Origin: a virus
Taxonomy: Duplodnaviria; Caudoviricetes
Direction: 5' to 3' (one strand)
Virus record (IMG/VR): IMGVR_UViG_3300032274_000015
Coordinates: 1 to 43,070 of that record
DNA: 43,070 nt
The notes beneath the pieces were generated by a model that worked only from the letters and a program-made list of their open reading frames with translations, was not told where the DNA came from and made no database searches. Numbering within the stretch: position 1 is the first letter of the stretch; each line of letters starts with the position of its first letter. Both the position numbers and the translations under genes were made by a program. Shown here in pieces: positions 9,520 through 17,544 of this stretch.

Positions 9520-11763
9520 TTAAGTATTCTCTTCGCGGAACTTTAGCGCAGTTTCGGCATCACGTAAAGCTTGTTCTTCATCAAATTTACGTTTTTTCAA
9601 CTCCATTTCCAACTCAGCTTTTTGCCTCTTCATCATCATGTCCTGCTGATGAGTTTCCATCTTAGCGAGTTGGGCGGGGTCTGGTTGTTCTGGTTGTTCT
9701 GGTTGTTCTGGTTGCTCTTGGCTTGCCTGCTCCCGTTGTAATTTCTCGAGATGCTTGGACGTGTTGTTAATGGCTTCCTCAGCGTATTGCATTACCTGCT
9801 TCGTGTAGCCGACGCGACCCTCTAGTGCAGGGTCTCCCGCGGCGAACTGAACTGTTTCACCTAGGTGCTGGTAGAACGCTTGTAGTGCAGGGAGTGCCTG
9901 AACTGGATCTACCTCACCTGAGTCGAGACCTTCGATGATCCCTTCTACTTCTGGTAGGTGAACTTCCAAGTGTGCTCCGTGGTATTCGCTCGAAAGCACA
10001 GGAACTGGTCTACCACCCATCAAGTCTCTATTCTCAAAGAAGGCGATCTTCGATGCGCTGGTCTCAGGGGCCCCTTGCTCACGTGGGGTGTAGCGGTCGG
10101 CTAGGTCATGTCCCACCCTCGTGCTAACTATGTCTCGTGTTAAGTTGCGGCGACCTGATTCAGGGAACTGTCCTGAAATACCTTGTAGCTCACGAAGGGC
10201 AACCATGCGGTTGGCTTGTGACCCACCACCAATTGATCGGACGGCTTTGGTCTTATCGACATCAAGTGACCGTATGAAGCTTTCTGGAACCCCTCTTTCA
10301 GCGCACCGACCAATGAGCTCTTGAATGGCTGGGTCGTTCTTGTCTGAGACAATACGCTTAACCACACTACGCATTAGGCGGTTCCATGAAGCGTAAAACA
10401 GATTAAGTGAAGCCCCGCTCAAACGTGTGGCAACATCCATGTCGGACACCACCTGCATCTCGTTGCGGTAAGGTGAACCCTTGTCGGGACCGTAGCTACT
10501 GACAACATCAGTGTTACGCATCAACTGCTGATTCATGTCCTCTAGCGCAGGCATGACCGCCGTCCCAAGATTCGGGGATGGGCGTGGGATAATGTTTACG
10601 TTAGGGGACAGGACGGCGTAAGCACCGTAGAAAGTGAAGTCGAGCTCCTCAAGGGCTCGCTGTGAATCTGGTTGAATCATCACCGCGGACCCGAGCATAG
10701 CTCCATCAACCATTTGGCAACGAAGTCTATTGGATGTCTGGATGTGGGCGAAGATGCGCTGGCCTAGACCCCTGACTGAATGGTATGTCCCGTTGGAACC
10801 AACACCATACGAGAACATGACAAAGGCGTCTTCGGCTGACTGATATCGGTCAACCTTCTGAAACATAAATGCTTCGGGGCTAGACTCAGCGCAAGTGTAA
10901 TGAGAAATCCCGCCGCTCGCTTCGCGGACTAAAAAGTGAAGGACGTCTACTGTGGGGTTCTGCACCCCCATGTATAAATCGTTGTTCTTGAGCTCGGCTT
11001 GCATTGCCTCGAAGTCTGAGACAACCCCGCCGCCGTAGGAACCGCGACCAGTGGTCTTGACGTTCTTCGCCATGACCCGCTTAACCTCGTCTACATTCCA
11101 GCCTATTTTATTGGCGGTCTTCTCATTCTTAATGAAATGGTTTAGCTCGCTTACCCGATAGGACCGTCGAATGACTGACACATCAACTGCCTCTTCCGTC
11201 GCGGGGGATTGGCGGGGTATCAAGATATCTTCAAAGGATCCGACCCTGAATCTCCAACCTGTTGGGGAGTCGAAGTAAGCCACGCCTACACCGTGCTTGA
11301 TGAAGGTCGTGCATAAGCGAAGGTAGGATGAGTGGAACTCAGGCCACGCGCGAAGCATGTGTGAGATCTCATCGGCAACAATCTCCTCACGCTCAAGTCG
11401 CTGGTTGGATTCACCTTCTGTTCCCCGAACATCTACGAAGCGTTCAAGGGATGAATACAGATCGACGTATGCCGATAATGCAATGTCGAGTTGGCGCTGT
11501 GCCTCCCCGAAGTTTAAGTTGGTCTTCATGTTCTGACCACTAGCCCGAAGCTTTGCTTGGTCATAAGGCGCGGCCCCATCAAACATGGCGTCGAGTCGCG
11601 CACGCTGGAGGGAGCTTTCCCGATCCGCCTGATGAAGCGTTGTGTAAATCGCAAGCGCGGACTTAACGTCCTTGATGCGAGTTTTAGTTGGGGTTCCGTC
11701 TTGCTCGGTGTTTTGTAACCCGAGGCCATCAATGACGGCGAATGAACTTGGTTTGGTCGCCAT
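9520..11763 (-). CDS. Portal protein
   Basis: About 747 aa from ATG 11763; helical, with a Q/E-rich C-terminal coiled coil; first large gene of the head module. Confidence 0.75.
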   Translation of the reverse strand: MATKPSSFAVIDGLGLQNTEQDGTPTKTRIKDVKSALAIYTTLHQADRESSLQRARLDAMFDGAAPYDQAKLRASGQNMKTNLNFGEAQRQLDIALSAYVDLYSSLERFVDVRGTEGESNQRLEREEIVADEISHMLRAWPEFHSSYLRLCTTFIKHGVGVAYFDSPTGWRFRVGSFEDILIPRQSPATEEAVDVSVIRRSYRVSELNHFIKNEKTANKIGWNVDEVKRVMAKNVKTTGRGSYGGGVVSDFEAMQAELKNNDLYMGVQNPTVDVLHFLVREASGGISHYTCAESSPEAFMFQKVDRYQSAEDAFVMFSYGVGSNGTYHSVRGLGQRIFAHIQTSNRLRCQMVDGAMLGSAVMIQPDSQRALEELDFTFYGAYAVLSPNVNIIPRPSPNLGTAVMPALEDMNQQLMRNTDVVSSYGPDKGSPYRNEMQVVSDMDVATRLSGASLNLFYASWNRLMRSVVKRIVSDKNDPAIQELIGRCAERGVPESFIRSLDVDKTKAVRSIGGGSQANRMVALRELQGISGQFPESGRRNLTRDIVSTRVGHDLADRYTPREQGAPETSASKIAFFENRDLMGGRPVPVLSSEYHGAHLEVHLPEVEGIIEGLDSGEVDPVQALPALQAFYQHLGETVQFAAGDPALEGRVGYTKQVMQYAEEAINNTSKHLEKLQREQASQEQPEQPEQPEQPDPAQLAKMETHQQDMMMKRQKAELEMELKKRKFDEEQALRDAETALKFREENT

Positions 11764-11779
11764 AATAATTATGTGGTGC

Positions 11780-11808
11780 AGGATAGAGGTAAAGGGTTCG
11801 GGGGTCAA
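11780..11808 (-). promoter_or_regulatory. Sigma70-type promoter for the portal gene
   Basis: TTGACC-17 nt-TATCCT, 16 nt upstream of ATG 11763. Confidence 0.65.
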
Positions 11809-11821
11809 GGTTTTTGTTGAG

Positions 11822-12322
11822 CTACACCGATGAGAGCATTGGGCTACCCCACGCGGCTTTCACAAGGGTGGTGATAGTTGCGGTGGTGTACTTCCCGTCG
11901 AAGCGTTTCAGAGATACTCGCTCCACCCCGTCGTCGCCAACAGATGATGCCTTCGCGTATAGCCGACCAGCCCACTTACCTCGCTGGGGTGGTGTTATGC
12001 AGTATAGCATTCCGTCCTCCGTGATAGCGTAGTCAGGGAAGAGGGGCTCGATGGGGACGGCGTGTTCCTTATGCAAGATCTCCTCGAGGGTTAAGGGTTC
12101 CACGTGGAACGGATCCTCGTGATTGAGGATAATATTTTCAGGGGTGATGGTGTACCGCTTCCCGTCCTGACCCTTGATGGTCGCGCGGAACTTGCCTGAG
12201 TTTGAGTAGGTTGCAACCTCCTTGTCTTTGAGGGGGTCAGGGGATTCCCCTACCTGCTCAAATAGTTTGTGGTCCTCGGTGACATAATGATTTTCTGATT
12301 GTGGTATTTCGTAGTGTTTCAT
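11822..12322 (-). CDS. Hypothetical protein with two degenerate NUMOD4-like segments
   Basis: YEIPQSENHYVTEDHKLF and PIEPLFPDYAITEDGMLY resemble NUMOD4 starts; no HNH motif seen. Likely start is ATG 12322. Confidence 0.5.
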   Translation of the reverse strand: MKHYEIPQSENHYVTEDHKLFEQVGESPDPLKDKEVATYSNSGKFRATIKGQDGKRYTITPENIILNHEDPFHVEPLTLEEILHKEHAVPIEPLFPDYAITEDGMLYCITPPQRGKWAGRLYAKASSVGDDGVERVSLKRFDGKYTTATITTLVKAAWGSPMLSSV

Positions 12323-12367
12323 TGGTGTTGGTTTAACCCTGATTCCTGATTCCTGATTCCTGTTCAC

Positions 12368-12652
12368 TTACCTTAATGCAGGGTCGATGATACAGGGTTC
12401 AGGGTCAATGAGGGAGAGGGTGTGGTTTTGTATTATGCTCAGGGAGGTCTCTGGGGAGTCCCCTGAAACGGTTTGTCTGTAGATCATATTGAGCAGTTCC
12501 CGATAGGCATACACATCAAAGGGTGTCCAGTCCACGTCAAAGCAACTACACTCACACTGATCGTAGGCACCACAGGTGCAACTACTGCCGCCGCAGTTGT
12601 CACGCCAATTGGCGGGTAACGGATATGGCTCAGGTGTAGGTAAGTCTGACAT
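12368..12652 (-). CDS. Hypothetical Cys-rich small protein
   Basis: 94 aa with a CGGSSCTCGAYDQCECSC cluster. Confidence 0.6.
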   Translation of the reverse strand: MSDLPTPEPYPLPANWRDNCGGSSCTCGAYDQCECSCFDVDWTPFDVYAYRELLNMIYRQTVSGDSPETSLSIIQNHTLSLIDPEPCIIDPALR

Positions 12653-12778
12653 AGTATCGGGGGTGCTGTTTCGGATAACCTATCACATGTTTTATACTAT
12701 GAAAAGAGAAAACTTTAAGTTATCGGAGGTGGCGGGGGCGGGGCAACTAGCGGGGACGTCATCTGCATAACTAAATAA

Positions 12779-12880
12779 CATTAATTAAATAATGAATTCT
12801 AGAAGAAGTTTATATATACCCTGTAGAAATATATTACATATATAAACTTTACCTGACGCGAGGTATTTAATTAATGCGAG
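12779..12880. repeat. AT-rich nested inverted-repeat element, copy 1
   Basis: Outer IR CATTAATTAAATA (12779-12791 / 12864-12876), inner IR AAGTTTATATAT (12806-12817 / 12838-12849); homologous to 38527-38630. An extra arm lies at 12964-12979. Confidence 0.85.
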
Positions 12881-13180
12881 TTACTGCTCCAAAACCTTTA
12901 ATATTCTTAACCCCTTCACATTCAGTGAGTTAGCTACTATATGAGTGTAGACTTTAAAATAAACGCATTAATTAAATAAATTTTAGGGTCTCTGAGATGC
13001 CCTCATGGCATCCCTAAGATAATACTTTAATGCACATTAGTTGCGTTATGCTAATACCAAAAATACCCTCAATAATCTCCATGGGTCTCACCCGAACCCT
13101 GATTCACGCGGAAAATAATTAAACAACCCTGCGGATAACCTACGCTTTTTCGTGCGCCGACCCACCCCTTTTTGACCCTC

Positions 13181-13299
13181 TGCACCCTGTGCATGTTGCG
13201 ACTGGGAAGAGAATACTTGAACTCATTTGTCAGTATGGGATATTTACAAGGTGTGTATTTGCACCCTGTGCATGTTGCGACTGGGAAGAGAATACTTGA
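13181..13299. repeat. Exact 40-bp direct repeat pair
   Basis: TGCACCCTGTGCATGTTGCGACTGGGAAGAGAATACTTGA at 13181-13220 and 13260-13299, separated by 39 nt. Confidence 0.95.
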
Positions 13300-13387
13300 C
13301 TCTGTACCTTGTGATTTGAAACCCCTCGTTTCTTTTTACTAGCTTACTCCAGTTGTGAAATGGTTATGCACCCTGTGATTTGAACCC

Positions 13388-13618
13388 CTAACCGCTCATT
13401 TCCTTCTCTCGCTTCTTTTTGAGGTAGTATTCGCGGTGGTACGCCCGCTCACGTTCTGCGTATTCTGGGTCCTCCAATTTTCTCCTTTTCCGTTCCTCGA
13501 GGATCTCCTCGCGCTTCTTCCAGTATCGGTCCTTTTGATACCTCAATCGCTTGATTCTGTTCTTGTCGTAATACTTTCGCTTGTACGCGAGCACTTTTGC
13601 TGGGGTCTTCTTGGCCAT
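13388..13618 (-). CDS. Small highly basic (K/R/Y-rich) helical protein, probably from a leaderless mRNA
   Basis: 76 aa ORF with a promoter immediately upstream. Confidence 0.65.
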   Translation of the reverse strand: MAKKTPAKVLAYKRKYYDKNRIKRLRYQKDRYWKKREEILEERKRRKLEDPEYAERERAYHREYYLKKKREKEMSG

Positions 13619-13623
13619 GCCCT

Positions 13624-13652
13624 ATGCTACCCTATATGCCAAAAAACGTCAA
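13624..13652 (-). promoter_or_regulatory. Sigma70-type promoter, leaderless transcript
   Basis: TTGACG-17 nt-TAGCAT, then 5 nt to ATG 13618. Confidence 0.7.
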
Positions 13653-13900
13653 ATTTTTTCGTGTAACCCCCTATATAATATTAAACTACGCGTGAAAAAC
13701 CCAACCCCCACCCGTGGCGTGCACCCTGATTCCTGCACCATTTACCCTTTTTCCTGCTAAATGGAGGGTGTTAGAGTGTTCAAGGGAACAGGAAACAGGG
13801 TTCACCTCGCGCGCGCGTTCTATTCCCCGCGCGACATTTTAAAGATATGGCTGTTGCGTCGAGAGCTTCCCCCCATTGGAGGATGAAGGCGATCAACCGA

Positions 13901-13919
13901 TTTAATCGCCAATTAAACC
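13901..13919 (+). repeat. Cassette-boundary element, core-only copy 0
   Basis: TTTAAT-CGCCA-ATTAAACC identical to the core of the seven full copies, but lacking the outer arms and hairpin 2. Confidence 0.8.
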
Positions 13920-13936
13920 AAAACCAAAAAAAGAAA

Positions 13937-14428
13937 ATGAAAACAGAAAACAAAGTAAATGAAGTTACCACATTGATTCAATCCGTTATCGAACTCGACA
14001 ACCAGATTGTAGACATTGAGAATAGAGTTAATGATATTGCTCTGGAAATGAGTAAAATAGTGACGGGCTTAACATGGAGAGACATCAAACCTATCATCCT
14101 AGGAGCGGGTGAGGAAATAGCGGCTTGGTATAGCGGCTTGCAATTTAAATTGCTTGCTCGATTTGTAGCGGCATCCTTTGCCGATACAGAGGAAGGCGGG
14201 AAGTTTGCCCGCGACACTGCCAAGCTCCTTTGCGAGTCACTGTTCGGCGAATACACGGCAAGTCACCGCGCCGCGCTAAGTAAGAACTTGTCCGAGGGGC
14301 AAAAAGCTAAGCGTGCTGGTGGGCGGAAAAAAGGTAAGAAGCAGGTTGATTTGCTCGCCGCCGCCGTCAAAGCGTTTGAAGCCTTGACTCCTGCCGACAA
14401 GGCGAAGTTCCTCAAGGGGCTGAAGTAA
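13937..14428 (+). CDS. Early hypothetical protein (cassette 1)
   Basis: Start ATG 13937 after an A-rich leader; coiled-coil N-terminus and basic C-terminus. Confidence 0.75.
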   Translation: MKTENKVNEVTTLIQSVIELDNQIVDIENRVNDIALEMSKIVTGLTWRDIKPIILGAGEEIAAWYSGLQFKLLARFVAASFADTEEGGKFARDTAKLLCESLFGEYTASHRAALSKNLSEGQKAKRAGGRKKGKKQVDLLAAAVKAFEALTPADKAKFLKGLK

Positions 14429-14538
14429 ACATCACATACACAACCTATCGGTTTAATCGCCAATTAAACCGATAGGTTGCAATGTGCTGTTTGATATTCT
14501 GTCAAGCAACGCAAAACAAAAACAAAAGCAATAAAACA
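14429..14538 (+). repeat. Cassette-boundary double-hairpin element, copy 1
   Basis: Perfect 17-bp IR CAACCTATCGGTTTAAT-cgcca-ATTAAACCGATAGGTTG (14441-14479), then hairpin 2 and an A-rich leader. Confidence 0.95.
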
Positions 14539-14805
14539 ATGAAAACAATAGAAAAAACAATTAATCACCCTTCGCTGGGTGAGACGGAAATTCAAATTTT
14601 CGGCGATGACACCGCCGAGATAGTAGGACATTGTGTCCTAAACCCCATGTTAGGGGTTCATCCCGTCGAGTTTTTCGAGCCGAGCACAAGGCTTAAAAAG
14701 CTCCGCATTAAATATGCGGGAAAAAGCTGGGAGACATTCCAGCGAGCATCGGCACCCGCTAGGCGGAAGCTGGGGCTTGTGCGGAAATACCGCAAGCTCC
14801 CATAA
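14539..14805 (+). CDS. Early hypothetical protein (cassette 2)
   Basis: Start ATG 14539 right after the element's leader; stop abuts the next element. Confidence 0.7.
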   Translation: MKTIEKTINHPSLGETEIQIFGDDTAEIVGHCVLNPMLGVHPVEFFEPSTRLKKLRIKYAGKSWETFQRASAPARRKLGLVRKYRKLP

Positions 14806-14876
14806 CCCCTCATACTCAGCCCATCGGTTTAATCGCCAATTAAACCGATGGGTTCAACGCAAAACAAAAAAAAACA
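14806..14876 (+). repeat. Cassette-boundary element, copy 2 (hairpin 2 deleted)
   Basis: AGCCCATCGGTTTAAT-cgcca-ATTAAACCGATGGGTT joined directly to the CAACGCAAAAC leader. Confidence 0.95.
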
Positions 14877-15293
14877 ATGAACATACAAATTAATCATGGG
14901 CTTGGGCTTGAATACCTAGCCCACCACGAGGTGCGCACCAAGTCCCACAAGGGGATATGCGTATCTGCCTGCCTCGCAAAGCTAGGCATCCACCCTTCGC
15001 AGTATCAGTCCACGTGGACTGTGCGGAGCAAAGCCAACGCAACTTACGGCGTCCTCCGCCGTCACGGGTTCGCAGTCCGTTCCCGCAAGTCCAGCATCCC
15101 CAAGGGTGCTACGGTTGGGGGCATCCGCACCAGCATCCGCAAGATGCAAGACCCACCTGCATCCTGTTACCTGATTCATGTATCAGGACACATGCTTCTC
15201 CTCTCCAACACGGGGGAGACCATCATTGACACTGCCCCTCGCAAAAGAGACCGCCGCAAGGTGCTTGACATCAAAGCGGTGTGGCCTAAGTAA
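14877..15293 (+). CDS. Early protein, possible papain-like (C39-type) peptidase fold (cassette 3)
   Basis: Cys at a helix start (GICVSACLAKLG) and His in a beta motif (YLIHVSGHMLLL...IIDT). Confidence 0.5.
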   Translation: MNIQINHGLGLEYLAHHEVRTKSHKGICVSACLAKLGIHPSQYQSTWTVRSKANATYGVLRRHGFAVRSRKSSIPKGATVGGIRTSIRKMQDPPASCYLIHVSGHMLLLSNTGETIIDTAPRKRDRRKVLDIKAVWPK

Positions 15294-15398
15294 ACATCAC
15301 ATACTCAGCCCGTCGGTTTAATCGCCAATTAAACCGATGGGTTGCCATGTGCTGTTTGATATTCTGTCAAGCAACACGTAAACAAAAACAATAAAACA
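15294..15398 (+). repeat. Cassette-boundary element, copy 3
   Basis: Hairpin 1 at 15306-15344; left arm CCCGTCGG, right arm CCGATGGG. Confidence 0.95.
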
Positions 15399-16025
15399 AT
15401 GAAACCAAACCAAACCAAAACCAATAACAACACTACCATGGAACCAAATAAAAACTACAAGACCTACGTCGTCACTGTTGAGATTCGATCAGGAGACTAC
15501 GAGAAACATAACAGTAAGCTAGTCCATGCCCCCGACTCAGAAACCGCGTGGCACTATGCCTGTTACGCTGAGTCGCACAACCCCGACAAACTCCAATGGA
15601 ACAGAGACTCTTGGGACAAACACCAATGGTGTAATGAACCCGACTGGTCATTTGCCTATCGAGTTGGCGGGGTTGAGGAAGTGCCGGCCGATGAAGTGCC
15701 TGCGCTACGTAAGCACCTCAGCTACATGGTGTATGACGAAGCCGATCTCGCTAAGTCGGGAGACTACCTAGAAGAAATGATCCAATCCGACCACAACAAC
15801 GAAGTGCAACACACCGCCAAGACAGCGATCATCCGCTTGTCTGAACCCAGAACCTTGGACATCCTCATAGATTCCTTCGGAGACTCTGGATACATGAACA
15901 TCCACGGCACGGACATCATCATTGATACTGTCCATGTGGATGAAGACCCCAGCACCCTGCTGGAAATTACAGGCTTAGACCCCGCCATCCTTGATGCACA
16001 TGATTACCTTGTGTTCTATGTCTAA
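15399..16025 (+). CDS. Early hypothetical acidic protein (cassette 4)
   Basis: 208 aa ORF starting directly after the element (alternative start at 15438). Confidence 0.75.
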   Translation: MKPNQTKTNNNTTMEPNKNYKTYVVTVEIRSGDYEKHNSKLVHAPDSETAWHYACYAESHNPDKLQWNRDSWDKHQWCNEPDWSFAYRVGGVEEVPADEVPALRKHLSYMVYDEADLAKSGDYLEEMIQSDHNNEVQHTAKTAIIRLSEPRTLDILIDSFGDSGYMNIHGTDIIIDTVHVDEDPSTLLEITGLDPAILDAHDYLVFYV

Positions 16026-16080
16026 CCCTACCTAATCCAATCCGAACTACCAAACTAAAACCAAAAAACAAAACAAGACA

Positions 16081-16272
16081 ATGATAAACGCTACAATAAT
16101 AATCTTCACCACCGCGATCTTTATCGGGGTCATGATGGTGAACCTCTTCACCCTGAACCCCGAATCCTTCACCTTTAATCGTTGGTGTTGGATCGTGATT
16201 CGGGATTCATTCACGGCGGTATTCATCCTTGCGATGGTGTATGCCATATTTGTTATGGTGCTTGCATTCTAA
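16081..16272 (+). CDS. Small two-TM membrane protein
   Basis: 63 aa, two hydrophobic segments, A-rich leader. Confidence 0.55.
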   Translation: MINATIIIFTTAIFIGVMMVNLFTLNPESFTFNRWCWIVIRDSFTAVFILAMVYAIFVMVLAF

Positions 16273-16284
16273 ATTCATAACGTC

Positions 16285-16542
16285 ATGGAATGTATCATCA
16301 CAACTCTCCGCAAAGGTAACTTCACCAGTGGAGTTATCTTTGAATCCTCAACCCGCACCTTGATTCCCGATTCATTGGACATGATCCTCGAATCAGGGAA
16401 CATGAACGGGGATCAGCCCCGCCTAATATTTGTCAATTCAAACTTGACATTGGTAATCCGCCCCCTAAACCAAGGGGGAGACATGGGAAATAATAATAAT
16501 ACCCACCATAAAGGGGAGTGGTTCAAAGTCACTCCCGTATAA
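16285..16542 (+). CDS. Hypothetical protein (uncertain)
   Basis: 85 aa ORF whose stop abuts element copy 4; it lacks the typical A-rich leader. Confidence 0.35.
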   Translation: MECIITTLRKGNFTSGVIFESSTRTLIPDSLDMILESGNMNGDQPRLIFVNSNLTLVIRPLNQGGDMGNNNNTHHKGEWFKVTPV

Positions 16543-16656
16543 TAATAAACCCCACATACTCAGCCCGTCGGTTTAATCGCCAATTAAACCGACGGGTTGC
16601 CATGTGGTGTTTGATATTCTTTCAAGCAACACGTAAACAAAAACTAATAAACTACA
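16543..16656 (+). repeat. Cassette-boundary element, copy 4
   Basis: Hairpin 1 at 16561-16599, hairpin 2 at 16604-16632. Confidence 0.95.
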
Positions 16657-16980
16657 ATGAAAAAACTAAGTGAAGTATATAAGGAAATGGGAATTGCATT
16701 TACATTTCCAATCGAGATCAAAGATGAAGCGGGTCACGTGACATACTACGAAACCAGCGACGGCTACTGGCATAAGTTTGAGTATGACTCTGATGGTAAT
16801 GGGACATACTACGAAAACAGCGACAGCTACTGGCGCAAGAGTGAGTATGACTCTGATGGTAACGAGACATACTACGAAACCAGCGACGGCTACAAGACAG
16901 GAACACCGCGAGCATCCAAGACCTGCGAGGGTAAGGTCGTCGAGGTTGACGGTGTGAAGTATCAACTGAAGTCCTTATAA
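16657..16980 (+). CDS. Beta-hairpin repeat protein (TYYExSxGYWxKxEYDxxGN), paralogue A
   Basis: 107 aa with about 2.5 internal 21-aa repeats. Confidence 0.85.
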   Translation: MKKLSEVYKEMGIAFTFPIEIKDEAGHVTYYETSDGYWHKFEYDSDGNGTYYENSDSYWRKSEYDSDGNETYYETSDGYKTGTPRASKTCEGKVVEVDGVKYQLKSL

Positions 16981-17094
16981 TAATAAACCCCACATCCACA
17001 GCCCGTCGGTTTAATCGCCAATTAAATCGGCGGGTTGCAATGTGGTGTTTGATATTCTTTCAAGCAACACGTAAACAAAAACTAATAAACTACA
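16981..17094 (+). repeat. Cassette-boundary element, copy 5
   Basis: Hairpin 1 at 16999-17037; right arm ATTAAATCGGCGGGTTG carries two extra G-T wobbles. Confidence 0.95.
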
Positions 17095-17418
17095 ATGAAA
17101 AAACTAAGTGAAGTATATAAGGAAATGAGAGTTGCATTTACATTCCCAATCGAGATCAGAGATGAAGCGGGTCACGTGACATACTACGAAACCAGCGACG
17201 GCTACTGGCATAAGTTTGAGTATGACTCTGATGGTAATGGGACATACTACGAAGACAGCCGAGGCTACTGGCATAAGCGTGAGTATGACTCAGCAGGTAA
17301 CGAGACATACCACGAAAACAACGACGGATACAAGACGGGAACACCGCGAGCATCCAAGACCTGCGAAGGCAAGGTCGTCGAGGTTGACGGTGTGAAGTAT
17401 CAACTGAAGTCCTTATAA
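17095..17418 (+). CDS. Beta-hairpin repeat protein, paralogue B
   Basis: 107 aa; 12 substitutions relative to paralogue A by manual alignment. Confidence 0.85.
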   Translation: MKKLSEVYKEMRVAFTFPIEIRDEAGHVTYYETSDGYWHKFEYDSDGNGTYYEDSRGYWHKREYDSAGNETYHENNDGYKTGTPRASKTCEGKVVEVDGVKYQLKSL

Positions 17419-17544
17419 TAATAAACCCCACATACTCAGCCCGTCGGTTTAATCGCCAATTAAACCGACGGGTTGCCATGTGGTGTTTGATATTCTTTCA
17501 AGCACTACTCGCCAAGACATTTGGCAAACAACACAAAAAGTAAA
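17419..17544 (+). repeat. Cassette-boundary element, copy 6
   Basis: Hairpin 1 at 17437-17475; hairpin 2 GTGGTGTTTGA/TCAAGCACTAC at 17480-17508. Confidence 0.95.

Noticed and set aside
11822-12322. HNH homing endonuclease
   Set aside because: Only NUMOD4-like segments are visible; there are no HNH catalytic residues.
16657-17418. Near-identical gene pair read as a DGR template/variable repeat
   Set aside because: Differences involve all four bases rather than adenines only, both copies are intact ORFs, and no reverse transcriptase is present.
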